In this document: positions 9,492-19,503 of the stretch, piece after piece | How the letters are laid out: each line of letters starts with the position of its first letter | How positions within the stretch are numbered: position 1 is the first letter of the stretch | Assembly: GCA_041571435.1 (NCBI GenBank) | Contig: JBFFUI010000023.1 | Span: forward strand, 1 to 34,161 | Reading direction: 5' to 3' | DNA from: Sulfurimonadaceae bacterium | GTDB lineage: Bacteria > Campylobacterota > Campylobacteria > Campylobacterales > Sulfurimonadaceae | Length of the DNA stretch: 34,161 bases | Made by a program: the position numbers and the translations under genes | The notes under the pieces: generated by a model | What the model was told of the DNA's origin: nothing | Database searches by the model: none | The model's input: the letters and a program-made list of their open reading frames with translations, nothing else

Positions 9492-10726
9492 TGCAACGCT
9501 TATTTATACTACCCTTGATTACCGTCTCGCTTTTCGGGTCCGATCTGGCGCAATTGATCGAAAAGGCCCAGCAGAACGAACTGGTCGAGGTCTATCAACA
9601 GAAGCTTAACGCTTCGCAGCAGAGCTATAAGTCGGCAAAGTCCTCGTACTATCCGAAGCTTGACCTTGGGGCGTCGGCCCAGTTGACCAATCCGAAGGGA
9701 CCGATGGACGCAGGGCAGATCTACAATGTACACGCTGAAGCTTCCGTGGTGCTTTTGGACGGTTTCAAACGTGAAAACCTGCTTGATGAACAGAGCAGTC
9801 TACAGCGTTCGAGCAGTTTTGACCTTTCCCAGGTCAAGAAGCAGGTCTCTATGGAGGTCGCGACCCACTATTTAAACCTCAAGACGGTCCAGGCGGACAT
9901 CGACGCGCTTTACCAGAAAAAAGAGCAGCTGCAGGAACAGCTTAACCGACAGGAAAAGTTTTTCAGAGCGAAACTGACGACGGAAGACAATGTGGAGTGG
10001 ATCAGAGCCGCGGTCGCCAATACGGACTATGAGATCGAGTCAAAACTCTACAGCCGTGACGAGCTGGTGGCAAAACTCTATACATTGACCAATGAAGTGG
10101 TTGACAAGATCGACGAGAGCGGGATCGTTGAACCGCTACTGGATCAGCGAGAAGAGCTCGACTCCCTGCGTTCATTGGCCTCACAGGCCGAAGCACTGCG
10201 CTATAAGGCGGAACAGAGCGACAGCTCGAACTATCCGACGCTCGTGTTGTCGGACCGCTACGGTTATACGCAGTTTGAGGATGACAATCTGGAGTCGTTT
10301 CCGGGTTTTGAACGGGTCAACAGCCAAAATGTTGCAATGCTGAACCTTTCGATGAACCTGTGGGATTTCTCTGCTGCATCTGAACGGCGTCAGGCTGTGA
10401 TGGCAGAGCATAATGCTTTGAAAGCACAACTGGCCTATAAGCAAAAAGAGGCCAATGCGGATCTCAAACTGGCAGAACGGGCGATAGAGCGGTCCAAAAA
10501 ACTGCTCGAAGCGGCACTGTTGTCGCAAAACGCTTCCGACCGGACCTTTGCGATTATTGACAAAAAGTATCAGGTCCGTGTCGTGGACTATGTGAAATAC
10601 CTTGATGCCCTGACGCAGAAGATCGAAGCGCAGGCACAGTACAACCGGGCTTTGGGTGCATTGGAGATCTCTTATGCACGCTATTACTATTATGCAGGAT
10701 TTGATGTGAAGGAGTATCTGAAATGA
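9488..10726 (+). CDS. TolC-family outer membrane efflux protein
   Basis: Signal peptide, duplicated YYPKLDL / NYPTLVL repeats, helical regions, ATGA overlap with tetR. Confidence 0.88.
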   Translation: MMQRLFILPLITVSLFGSDLAQLIEKAQQNELVEVYQQKLNASQQSYKSAKSSYYPKLDLGASAQLTNPKGPMDAGQIYNVHAEASVVLLDGFKRENLLDEQSSLQRSSSFDLSQVKKQVSMEVATHYLNLKTVQADIDALYQKKEQLQEQLNRQEKFFRAKLTTEDNVEWIRAAVANTDYEIESKLYSRDELVAKLYTLTNEVVDKIDESGIVEPLLDQREELDSLRSLASQAEALRYKAEQSDSSNYPTLVLSDRYGYTQFEDDNLESFPGFERVNSQNVAMLNLSMNLWDFSAASERRQAVMAEHNALKAQLAYKQKEANADLKLAERAIERSKKLLEAALLSQNASDRTFAIIDKKYQVRVVDYVKYLDALTQKIEAQAQYNRALGALEISYARYYYYAGFDVKEYLK

Positions 10727-11466
10727 TGAAACAATTACTACTAGTGGGAATGCTGGCGACAGCAGGACTGGCGGAAGAGGTCTATGTGACATTCAACGTG
10801 AAGGCGGACAAAGAGGCCGAACTGGTACTCTCATCGACAGGGTTGGTCAAGAAGATCCATGTGGATGTCGGCGACAGGGTCAAAAAAGGGGCCGTGCTGC
10901 TTGAGCTCGACAACGACGATCTGCGTACATCGCTGCTGTTGGCAGAGAAACAGATCGAACTGGCTGAGGTCAACCTGCGTTTTGCCAAAAAAGCGTATGA
11001 ACGTTATGAAAAAGTTCAGGATGTCATTGACGACGAGCTGTTCGACCAATACGCGTCGAGTTACGAACGTGCCAAGATCGAACTGTCCAATGCCAAAGCC
11101 AACCTGGCCTATAAGCGGGCGCTTTATGAGAAGAGCCGTCTAAAAGCACCCTTCAGCGGTGTGATCGCAGAAAAAGATGTTGAGTTAGGTGACGGTGTGA
11201 GTTCGGCAAAGATGGAGCCGCTCTTTACCTTGATCTCCTCGCATAAACAGAAACTGGTAGCAGAGGTGGATGAAAAGTACTGGAAAAAGCTCAAGGTCGG
11301 ACAGACCTTCAGTTACAGTGTCGACAGCGGCAGTGCAAAACTGCAAAGCAAGGTGGCCAAGATCTATCCGGCAATCGATCCCAAAAAACGTTCTATCACG
11401 ATCGAACTGCCGGCAAAAGGGCTTAAAGTCGGCATGTTCGGACACGGCACGCTGAAGGTCGACTAA
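10723..11466 (+). CDS. RND periplasmic adaptor (membrane fusion protein)
   Basis: Lipoyl-like halves VDVGDRVKKG..L..LD and LKAPFSGVI flanking a coiled coil. Confidence 0.92.
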   Translation: MMKQLLLVGMLATAGLAEEVYVTFNVKADKEAELVLSSTGLVKKIHVDVGDRVKKGAVLLELDNDDLRTSLLLAEKQIELAEVNLRFAKKAYERYEKVQDVIDDELFDQYASSYERAKIELSNAKANLAYKRALYEKSRLKAPFSGVIAEKDVELGDGVSSAKMEPLFTLISSHKQKLVAEVDEKYWKKLKVGQTFSYSVDSGSAKLQSKVAKIYPAIDPKKRSITIELPAKGLKVGMFGHGTLKVD

Positions 11467-14400
11467 TGTATAAATTTGCCATAACCCGACCGATCACCAC
11501 ATTGATGATCTTTATGTCGCTGGTCATCTTCGGTCTGATGAGTTTCAGCAAGATGAACACGGTACTCTTTCCGAAAGTCGATTTTCCGATCGTAACGGTC
11601 CAGACCTACTATTACGGGGCCGATCCGAAGACCATCGAGTCGAAGGTCACGGAGAAGATCGAAGAGGCGGTCTCATCGATCGCCGGTCTGGACAAGCTCA
11701 CCTCGATCAGCAGCGAGAACGTCTCGGTCGTGACACTGATCTTTGATATCGAAGTCGACATCACCGAAGCGGCCAACGATGCCCGTGACAAGATCTCGGC
11801 ACTGCGCCTGGACGAAGGGGTTGAAAAACCTGTCGTCAGCAAGCTGGATATCGGTTCGGCACCGGTACTTTCGCTTTTTGTGGCGTCATCAAAGGTCGAA
11901 CCGAGCAAGTTGATGTTGACGGTGGACGAGCAGATCAAACCGATGATCGAGAGACTCAGAGGGGTCGGTAATATCAATGTCATCGGCTACCAGGAGCGTC
12001 AGATCCGTATCTATCCGGACCCGTTTGCCCTGCGCAAGTACGGCATATCCGCAACGGATCTGAAACAGCTCATTCAAGCCTCGAACATCAAAATGAGCGG
12101 CGGTAAGCTGGTCACCGACAAAGACCAGATCATGGTCACGGTGAAGGCCAATGCGACGACTGTTGAAGAGCTTGAAAACTTTGAGATCCTGCCGGGGGTA
12201 AAGCTCAGAGAGATAGCCAGGGTCGAAGACGGCATCAAAGATGCCGAAAGTCTTTCGACACTTAACGGCGAACGGGGTGTTATCCTGCAGATCCAGAAGA
12301 TCTCGGATGCCAACACCCTCAACGTTATTGCCGGCATCAAGAAGGTGATCCCGGAGATCGAAGCGCGTATCGGCGATGACTACAAGCTGCAGTATTTCAA
12401 TGATACCTCCAACTTCATCAACGCATCGCTTGACCATGTTCTGTTCGACCTGATCTACGGCGCGATCTTGGCGATCCTGATCGTCTTTTTCTTTTTGCGC
12501 AATGCGACGGCGACCATCGTATCGGCGATCGCGATCCCGACCTCCATTATCGGGACCTTTTTCCTGATGGATGTCTTCGGCTACGAACTCAACAAGGTGA
12601 GTATGCTCGGTCTTACATTGGCGATCGGTATCTTCATCGATGATGCCATCGTTGTCATCGAGAACATCTATAAAAAGATGGAGGCCGGTCTGCACAAGGT
12701 CGAGGCCGCGACGGAAGGAACCCGCGAGATTGCCTTTTCAATCCTGGCGATCTCGTCTATGCTTCTGGCCGTATTTATCCCGGTCAGTATGATGGGCGGT
12801 ATTGTCGGTAAGTTCTTTAACGCCTTTGCCTTTACGGTGGCGATCGGTATCTTTATCTCCTATTTCGTCGCGATCATGCTGATCCCGGCCTTGAGCGCCC
12901 GTGTCCTGCAGAAGGGTGAATCGCGCTTCTACCACTTTATGGAACCGCTCTTTGTCTGGATCGACAAGAGCTATGTCAAAATCGTCGGTGCAACGGTAAA
13001 GTACGCCAAGACAACGATCCTGGCGGCCTTTCTAATACTGATCGGCAGCTTTTCGATGGCGTCGCTGATCGGGATGGACTTTGCCCCTAAAGAGGACAAA
13101 AGTGAGATCGAGGTGACCCTTAAAGCACCGGTCGGTGTCAGTCTTGAAGAGATGTACAAGCGTTCTGAGGCCCTGGCTGTTGAGGTTCGTAAGAACCCGT
13201 TTGTCGAGTACACGGCGTTGACCGTGGCCTACAACACGACACGCGATGCCAACCGCGCACAGATCTATGTCAAGCTGCAGGATGTCTCCAAACGGACCAC
13301 CACGCAAGAAGAGATCATTGTTGCACTGAGAGCAGCGCTTAAGGGCTTCGAAGGCTTCGACAGGATCGCCGTTGCGGATATTCCGAACATTAAAGGGGCA
13401 GGGGCGAGTTCGCCGTTTGTGATGGTTGTTCAAGGGCCTGATCTTAACGATCTGCAGACCGCTGCGGACAAGATCATGACCCGGATGGCGACGAACAAAG
13501 GGATCGTTGATATCTCGACCAACTACGAGACCGGCAAGCCGGAACTCTCCATAGAGATCCAGCGTGAGAGCAGTACCAACCTGGGCGTATCGGCGCAGGA
13601 GATCAGCGGTATTATCGCTACGGTGCTCTCGAGTGACCGCGCCATCTCGCAGTTTGAAGAGAACGGCAAGCAGTATGACATTACGATGCGTTTTTCAGAC
13701 GCCTACCGAAAAACGGTGGATGATCTTAAGCGTCTTGAGGTGAAAACGATCAATGGCGATTTTGTGGCACTTGAGGGACTGGTGAATTTTGTCGAGTCTG
13801 AAGGGCCTGTCTCTATCAACCACTACAACCGACAGCGTCAGATCAGCATCGAGGCGAACCTTGCCGGCGCACCACTGGGTGAAGCGGTCAAGACAGCACT
13901 CAACGGCATCCAGGAGGATCTTGGTAAAACCATGAAGTACAACTTCCTCGGGATGGCCGAAGAGATGGGCAAGATGGGTAAAGAGTTCGGTATGGCCTTC
14001 GGCCTTGCCTTCTTGATGATGTATATCATTTTGGCAGCGCTGTATGAGTCACTGCTGCAGCCGCTGATCATCATGGTCGCTCTGCCGCTCTCATTTATCG
14101 GGGTGCTTTTGGCCCTGATCATTGCCGGCAAGAACTTCAACCTTTTTACGATGATGGGTATCATCCTGCTGATGGGTATGGTCGGTAAAAATGCGGTCCT
14201 TCTGGTCGACTTTGCCAACCAGCAGCTGCGCAAAGGGACGACCGTCACCGAAGCGCTGATCCTTGCGGGTGAAAAACGTCTCCGTCCGATCCTGATGACC
14301 ACCTTCGCGATGGTCTTTGCGATGCTGCCGCTGGTCTTTATGAAAGGGGCGGGTTATGAGAGTAACTCGCCGATGGCGACGGCGGTTGTGGGCGGTCTGA

Positions 14401-14552
14401 TCTCGTCCATGCTCCTGACATTGATCGTCGTACCGGCGATCTACAAATTTCTGAGTCCGCTCGATCTCTGGATGCGTAAGTTCTATGATCTTGACTTTAT
14501 GAAACTAAAAAAGGGCAGCGATAAGCCGGCCAAGGGCCCTGAGACAAACTAA
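11466..14552 (+). CDS. RND efflux permease (AcrB/HAE1 family)
   Basis: 1028 aa; GIFIDDAIVVIEN, GKNAVLLVDF and RLRPILMTT proton-relay motifs. Confidence 0.95.
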   Translation: MYKFAITRPITTLMIFMSLVIFGLMSFSKMNTVLFPKVDFPIVTVQTYYYGADPKTIESKVTEKIEEAVSSIAGLDKLTSISSENVSVVTLIFDIEVDITEAANDARDKISALRLDEGVEKPVVSKLDIGSAPVLSLFVASSKVEPSKLMLTVDEQIKPMIERLRGVGNINVIGYQERQIRIYPDPFALRKYGISATDLKQLIQASNIKMSGGKLVTDKDQIMVTVKANATTVEELENFEILPGVKLREIARVEDGIKDAESLSTLNGERGVILQIQKISDANTLNVIAGIKKVIPEIEARIGDDYKLQYFNDTSNFINASLDHVLFDLIYGAILAILIVFFFLRNATATIVSAIAIPTSIIGTFFLMDVFGYELNKVSMLGLTLAIGIFIDDAIVVIENIYKKMEAGLHKVEAATEGTREIAFSILAISSMLLAVFIPVSMMGGIVGKFFNAFAFTVAIGIFISYFVAIMLIPALSARVLQKGESRFYHFMEPLFVWIDKSYVKIVGATVKYAKTTILAAFLILIGSFSMASLIGMDFAPKEDKSEIEVTLKAPVGVSLEEMYKRSEALAVEVRKNPFVEYTALTVAYNTTRDANRAQIYVKLQDVSKRTTTQEEIIVALRAALKGFEGFDRIAVADIPNIKGAGASSPFVMVVQGPDLNDLQTAADKIMTRMATNKGIVDISTNYETGKPELSIEIQRESSTNLGVSAQEISGIIATVLSSDRAISQFEENGKQYDITMRFSDAYRKTVDDLKRLEVKTINGDFVALEGLVNFVESEGPVSINHYNRQRQISIEANLAGAPLGEAVKTALNGIQEDLGKTMKYNFLGMAEEMGKMGKEFGMAFGLAFLMMYIILAALYESLLQPLIIMVALPLSFIGVLLALIIAGKNFNLFTMMGIILLMGMVGKNAVLLVDFANQQLRKGTTVTEALILAGEKRLRPILMTTFAMVFAMLPLVFMKGAGYESNSPMATAVVGGLISSMLLTLIVVPAIYKFLSPLDLWMRKFYDLDFMKLKKGSDKPAKGPETN

Positions 14553-14553
14553 A

Positions 14554-14613
14554 TATGGTCTAACGAGAGACCATAGGATCAATCGCAGTGCAGAGACTTA
14601 GAGCAATGCACTG
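14554..14613. other. Two inverted repeats after the RND operon (terminator or operator candidates)
   Basis: TATGGTCT-N6-AGACCATA (14554-14575) and CAGTGCA-N14-TGCACTG (14586-14613); no clear U-tract. Confidence 0.35.
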
Positions 14614-14647
14614 TCTTGACACCTCTTCCAAATCACCCTGACAGATA

Positions 14648-14656
14648 TGCTACAAT
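14648..14656 (+). promoter_or_regulatory. Extended -10 element for the ABC ATPase remnant
   Basis: TGCTACAAT about 30 nt before ATG 14686. Confidence 0.55.
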
Positions 14657-14685
14657 CTACCTTACGTGTAAACAACAGAGAGGTG

Positions 14686-15237
14686 ATGATTAAAGCACAG
14701 GGTCTGACAAAATACTTTCAGCAAAATGCAGCCGTCTCGAATATTGATATTGAGGTCAAAAAAGGGGAGATCTTCGGTCTTCTCGGCCCCAATGCGGCAG
14801 GCAAAACCATGACGATCCGTATGCTTTGCGGTATTATCCCTCCCGACAGCGGCCAGATTCAGATCAACGCAATGCCGATCAGAAAAGCAAAACGTACCTT
14901 CGGTTATGTCGCCCAGCATTTCGGTCAGTACGAAGAGCTGACGGTCTGGGAAAACCTGCGGTTTTATGCGCAGATGTATGATGTGCGTGACAAAGCCAGG
15001 TTGAACATGCTGCTTGAGCGCTACTGTCTAGCGCCATTTAAAAACAGGGCGGCCGGTCTGCTTTCGGGCGGGTATAAACGCCGGTTGGCACTGGTCTGTG
15101 CCCTGGCCCATGATCCGGATGTACTCTTTTTGGACGAACCGACCGCCGGTATCGACCCGGTCACTCGAATACGGCGCGCTATTTCCGCGACGATGTTGAT
15201 TTTAGAAAGACTATCGAGTTTATGCAGCAGAACCTGA
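14686..15237 (+). pseudogene. ABC-2-type ATP-binding protein, truncated at about 15167
   Basis: Walker A GPNAAGKT, signature LSGG, Walker B/D-loop LFLDEPTAGIDP. Similarity ends at PVTR, there is no H-loop, and the tail is out-of-frame MMPL sequence. Likely start ATG 14686 (GAGG RBS). Confidence 0.8.
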
Positions 15238-16181
15238 GCGGTCCGATGGCCTATGAGATCGTGGTGGATTCCGGGGCAAAAGACGGCATCAAGTCACCGC
15301 CGTTTATGCAGACGGTGGAGCGCTTCGGCAACGAGTTCAAAGCGAAGTACCCGGATGTCCGTCATATCGCTTCACTGGTGGATGTGGTCAAGACCTTCAA
15401 TGATGTAATGAACAATTCCAAAAGTGTTCCCGATGACAACGGACTGATCGCCCAGTATCTACTGCTCTACTCGCTCTCTTTGCCTCAGGGGATGGAGATC
15501 AACGACCGCATGGATGTGGACGAGCGGCTTCTGCGGGTGACGGCACTGGTCAACATCGTCGACACCTCGCTCGACCTGGAGATGATGGCATGGGCTGAGC
15601 AGTGGTGGCAGAAGACCCCCTATAAAGCATCTATGAACGGCCAGACAGCCATGTTCGCGCATATGCAGCACGATGTAACCGACACCCTGATCCAGTCTAT
15701 CCTGCTGGCCATTGCCAGTGTTTCTGTCATGATGCTTCTGATCTTTCGAAACCTGCGGATGATCCCGCTCTTTATCGTGCCCAATGTCCTGCCTATCGTG
15801 CTGGTCGTCGGGGCGATGGGCTGGCTTGGGATGACGATCGACATGGGTGTCGCGATCTCGGGCGCCATCATCATCGGCGTGGCGGTGGACGACACCATCC
15901 ACTTTCTGGTCAAATACCGCGAAGCACGGCGCCGCGGCGATGACATCGAAGAGGCATTGGCCTATGTCATGCACTATGCAGGCAGCGCGATCATCTTCAC
16001 GACCCTGATCCTCAGTGCCGCCTTTTTGATCTTCGTCTTTTCACAGTTTTTGCCGAACGTCCATTTCGGTATTGTCACGGCGATCGCACTGCTGATTGCG
16101 GTACTGGTGGACCTGTTGATGCTTCCGGCAGTTTTGAGCCGGTTCGATGCGGGAAAAAAGAGTCTTCTGGTCGAGCGGTAG
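15165..16181 (+). pseudogene. MMPL/RND-family transporter, C-terminal half only
   Basis: Frame is open upstream of ATG 15222 (SNTARYFRDDVDFRKTIEF-MQQNLSGP). It holds only one TM repeat, with GVAVDDTIHF; the N-terminal repeat is missing. Confidence 0.8.
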
Positions 16182-16280
16182 CGTCGCCACTGAGACACAC
16201 GCTGCTGCGCCCTTTCCATCTATTTATAACAAAAAAACCCTCTCTTCACCCAAAAAGGTGATGTGTTTAAAAAATGATAG

Positions 16281-16289
16281 TGCTATAAT
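16281..16289 (+). promoter_or_regulatory. Extended -10 element for the large lipoprotein gene
   Basis: TGCTATAAT, followed by AAGGAG RBS and ATG 16325. Confidence 0.7.
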
Positions 16290-16324
16290 AGAGAAATATG
16301 ATTATTTCTTTAAGGAGAAAAATA

Positions 16325-19300
16325 ATGCCAAGAAACTATACAAAGACAAAAAAATGGACGATTACGACGGTGGTCGCTATCTCTGTCGCAGCGGCTGTCT
16401 ATACCCTCGGGTGCAGTGGCAGTGGCGGCGGGAGCAGCAGTACGCTGTGTAATGTTCCTCTGGAAGCCTCCCTTGATACTCAGACCCGTATTGGCGGGGC
16501 GACTACATCGCTAGCGCTATTTAGCAGTGACGGCAGTGAGTGGACACTCTTTAATATTGCCAACGAACTTCGTGCGATGAAGGTCGGTGCGTCGGAAAGT
16601 CCGGTAGGCCTGGAAGTCGAAGGCTTTATTCGTGATATAGAACTTGTGACGCGAGAAGATGGCAGCCGTTATGCACTGTTAGCGATGGGAGAAGAGGGGA
16701 TCGCTGTTGTCAATGTGACCGATCCGGCAGCTATGGTATTGGAGACGGAAGTCAAGGTCAATTATGAGCATACAGGTATTAACTGGACGGAGGGCGGCGG
16801 CGACATTGTATACGATAACAGTATCTCCAGTACGCGAGGACCAGTGAGTTCACTCGCCGTTTATGATGAGGGCAATGCTACAGTCCCATCGCCGCAACTT
16901 TTGATCGGGGATGCGGGATACGGTCTGCACAAAACGGCACTAAATAACCTTTTTGACACCGTCAACGGCCGCGAAGCAGACGGTACACTGCTTATAGACG
17001 GGCCTGAAGCCTATACGCTGCAATATGCCGGTGAGAATCCGTGGGGCGGTCCGAAAAGCCTCAAGTTGTATGGTGAAGGGAACAACACCAGGCTGTTTGT
17101 GGCCCAGGGATATCTGGGAATGGGGATTTATGATCCTAAAACCCTGGAGCAAGTCGGACGCTATAATCTCTATGCCGATGCGACCGAGGATAATCGCGGT
17201 GAGGATTGGTTTATCGATATGGACGTTGCTACCGCCGTTCAAAGTGGCAACCTTGATGCCTGTACCGGAATGCCGGATTACAAGCAGGCCAGTTTCGAGA
17301 TCCTGTCGGTCTGGCATGGCGATGTCAATGCCTCGACACCGTGGGCAGATTTCGACCGTTACGGAAAATTCTATTATGATGCCCGCAAGATCGATGTTGC
17401 GACCTTCTCCGGCGGTGGCGGGGCGGATAAAACGATCGCCTATATTGCCTATGGTCTTGGAGGGCTTGTCGCTGTGGACGTTACGGGCTATGATAGCGCG
17501 ACACCACGCGACATAAACTGTACAACAAGTACCGGTTTCCTTGAAGGAAAGTTCCTGGGGTATGCCCCTGCAGTACCGGCACATGGTGCCGATGAGATGA
17601 CAGGAGAAGAGTCGAAGAGTCTCTTCCCGTATTTCGGTGCCGGCATGCTTAAAGAAGCCGGTGTCGTCGATGTCAAGGTAGACTTGTCAACAAACCAGGT
17701 CTACTTTTCGGATCATTTTGCCGGACTGATGGTGCTTGGCAATGCCAATCATCCGGAGGCGCAGTGGCATGGTCCTGATGGCTTTGATGGCTACAACAAC
17801 GATGAACCTGGAGGAACGCTTGGCGACCACTGGCCGGACTATGAGTTTGTCACCTCGTATGATATGACACCGGTTCCGCTGGGCGAAGAAGAGGTGCCGA
17901 AGTATATCTTTGAAGCGCCTGTCCTTCTTCATACGGGAGAGGTGAGCGGACACGGAAACAGTCTGTTGCTTACGTCAACCTTTGACCCTGTTGCCTTTAA
18001 CGGTGAGACCGATGTGGTTCTTGCTGCGGGTGGCGGCGGTCTCAACTTTATCGATGTGCTTGTCGCAGGCGCTCAGGAAAATAACGATTTCAATGTATCG
18101 GTGCATATTCCGACGACTGATGAGATCGGCGCCTATCCGGACGGTACACCGGTACAGGAGATCAATATCGGCCATGCCGAGGGAGTGACAGCCTATGGCA
18201 ACCTGCTTTTCCTTGCGGATGGACCACACGGTATGTCGGTCTGGAAGATCGCGGATGATCGATGTAACGCGACAGACAATGTGCATCTTGTTGCCAATAC
18301 CCTGCAGGACGAATATCCGGTAGATGTCAACGGAACTACAATCAACCCAGCGCCGCATGCGCATGATGTGGTATTGGATATTGGCACTAAAACTGCCTTG
18401 GTGATGTCGCAAAGCCGTGGTGTTCGCCGCATCGATGTTTCGGACACGGGCAGTGTCAATGCGCCGGTACTGCTCTATCCGAAAGAGACAGATATCTTTG
18501 AACACAACAGGGATGAGGGCAATGTCGCCGACTTCCTTCATATGCAGGATCATGCCTATGGCGCAGCAATAAAGGGGACATTAGCCTTTGTAGCCGACGG
18601 CAGTAACGGCTTGACGGTCTATGATCTCAGCAAAGACCCGACCGATGCAAACAACACCAATGGTTATGTTGTCAGTAATATCGGCGGTGACACAAACTCC
18701 CAGCCGGACCTTGGCCGTGCGTCGGATGTGGCGCTCTGGAGTGACAAGCAAACAGGCAAAGAGTATGCCTTTGTCTGTGCCGGAAGCAGAGGTGTCGGTG
18801 TCGTCGATGTGACCGATGTGAAAAATATGAAACTGATAAAGGTGTTCGAGCCGATCAAGATGGAAGACGATAAAGTCGGTAAAGCGGATGGCAAAAGTGT
18901 CGCTGTCAAGGTTGTCCGCAATCACGCCTTCTTTACCTACGACAGTTTTGGAATTGTCTCTTACAGCATTGCTGACCTGATTGCACCGTTGATCGAAGGG
19001 ACAGATCCGACAGATATCTGGAAAACGGGTGGAGTCGATCAGCGTCCGGTCGCTGCGGCACGATTCAAGCTTCAGGACCCAACCATGTTCGGCAGCGCCG
19101 ATCTGGCAGGCTGGAGCGGCGGAGCTGCGGGTATGGACGTCGTTCAGACCTATTTGGGTAGAGACTACATCTATGTCGCCTATGGCGATGCCGGCGTCAT
19201 CAAGATCGACTGGACAAACCCGGCATCTCCGGTATTGGTGCAACATGCTAATACGGTTGGCTTTGCAGGTGATGTGATCGTACGTAACGGCCGTGTTTAT

Positions 19301-19339
19301 GTAGCTGATGGCGGCGGCGGACTGGCACTGCTCAAATAA
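16325..19339 (+). CDS. Large LVIVD-repeat (beta-propeller) lipoprotein, function unknown
   Basis: Basic n-region, hydrophobic stretch, TLG-C lipobox, G/S tether. At least 8 repeats such as YALLAMGEEGIAVVNVTDP, LAFVADGSNGLTVYDLS, YAFVCAGSRGVGVVDVTD. Start moved from 16298 on RBS grounds. Confidence 0.8.
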   Translation: MPRNYTKTKKWTITTVVAISVAAAVYTLGCSGSGGGSSSTLCNVPLEASLDTQTRIGGATTSLALFSSDGSEWTLFNIANELRAMKVGASESPVGLEVEGFIRDIELVTREDGSRYALLAMGEEGIAVVNVTDPAAMVLETEVKVNYEHTGINWTEGGGDIVYDNSISSTRGPVSSLAVYDEGNATVPSPQLLIGDAGYGLHKTALNNLFDTVNGREADGTLLIDGPEAYTLQYAGENPWGGPKSLKLYGEGNNTRLFVAQGYLGMGIYDPKTLEQVGRYNLYADATEDNRGEDWFIDMDVATAVQSGNLDACTGMPDYKQASFEILSVWHGDVNASTPWADFDRYGKFYYDARKIDVATFSGGGGADKTIAYIAYGLGGLVAVDVTGYDSATPRDINCTTSTGFLEGKFLGYAPAVPAHGADEMTGEESKSLFPYFGAGMLKEAGVVDVKVDLSTNQVYFSDHFAGLMVLGNANHPEAQWHGPDGFDGYNNDEPGGTLGDHWPDYEFVTSYDMTPVPLGEEEVPKYIFEAPVLLHTGEVSGHGNSLLLTSTFDPVAFNGETDVVLAAGGGGLNFIDVLVAGAQENNDFNVSVHIPTTDEIGAYPDGTPVQEINIGHAEGVTAYGNLLFLADGPHGMSVWKIADDRCNATDNVHLVANTLQDEYPVDVNGTTINPAPHAHDVVLDIGTKTALVMSQSRGVRRIDVSDTGSVNAPVLLYPKETDIFEHNRDEGNVADFLHMQDHAYGAAIKGTLAFVADGSNGLTVYDLSKDPTDANNTNGYVVSNIGGDTNSQPDLGRASDVALWSDKQTGKEYAFVCAGSRGVGVVDVTDVKNMKLIKVFEPIKMEDDKVGKADGKSVAVKVVRNHAFFTYDSFGIVSYSIADLIAPLIEGTDPTDIWKTGGVDQRPVAAARFKLQDPTMFGSADLAGWSGGAAGMDVVQTYLGRDYIYVAYGDAGVIKIDWTNPASPVLVQHANTVGFAGDVIVRNGRVYVADGGGGLALLK

Positions 19340-19346
19340 TAACGAC

Positions 19347-19370
19347 GCACTTTCCGTTTGCGGGAAGTGT
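19347..19370 (+). terminator. Hairpin after the lipoprotein gene
   Basis: GCACTTTCCG-TTTG-CGGGAAGTGT, 10-bp stem with two G-U pairs on the + strand; weak U-tract. Confidence 0.45.
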
Positions 19371-19503
19371 GCCACGCTTTCAAAAAAGAGCCGATGGCTC
19401 TTTATACCTTCTGCGATTGCACGCTCTTTTTTTCGTCAATCATGACACGAACCACTTCTCTTATGTTACAATTTATGGATATTGAACATGAAAAGGGTCA
19501 GCC

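Noticed and set aside
15160-15240. Programmed frameshift making an ABC-MMPL fusion protein
   Set aside because: No slippery heptamer at the junction, and both parts lack essential segments; a deletion is simpler.
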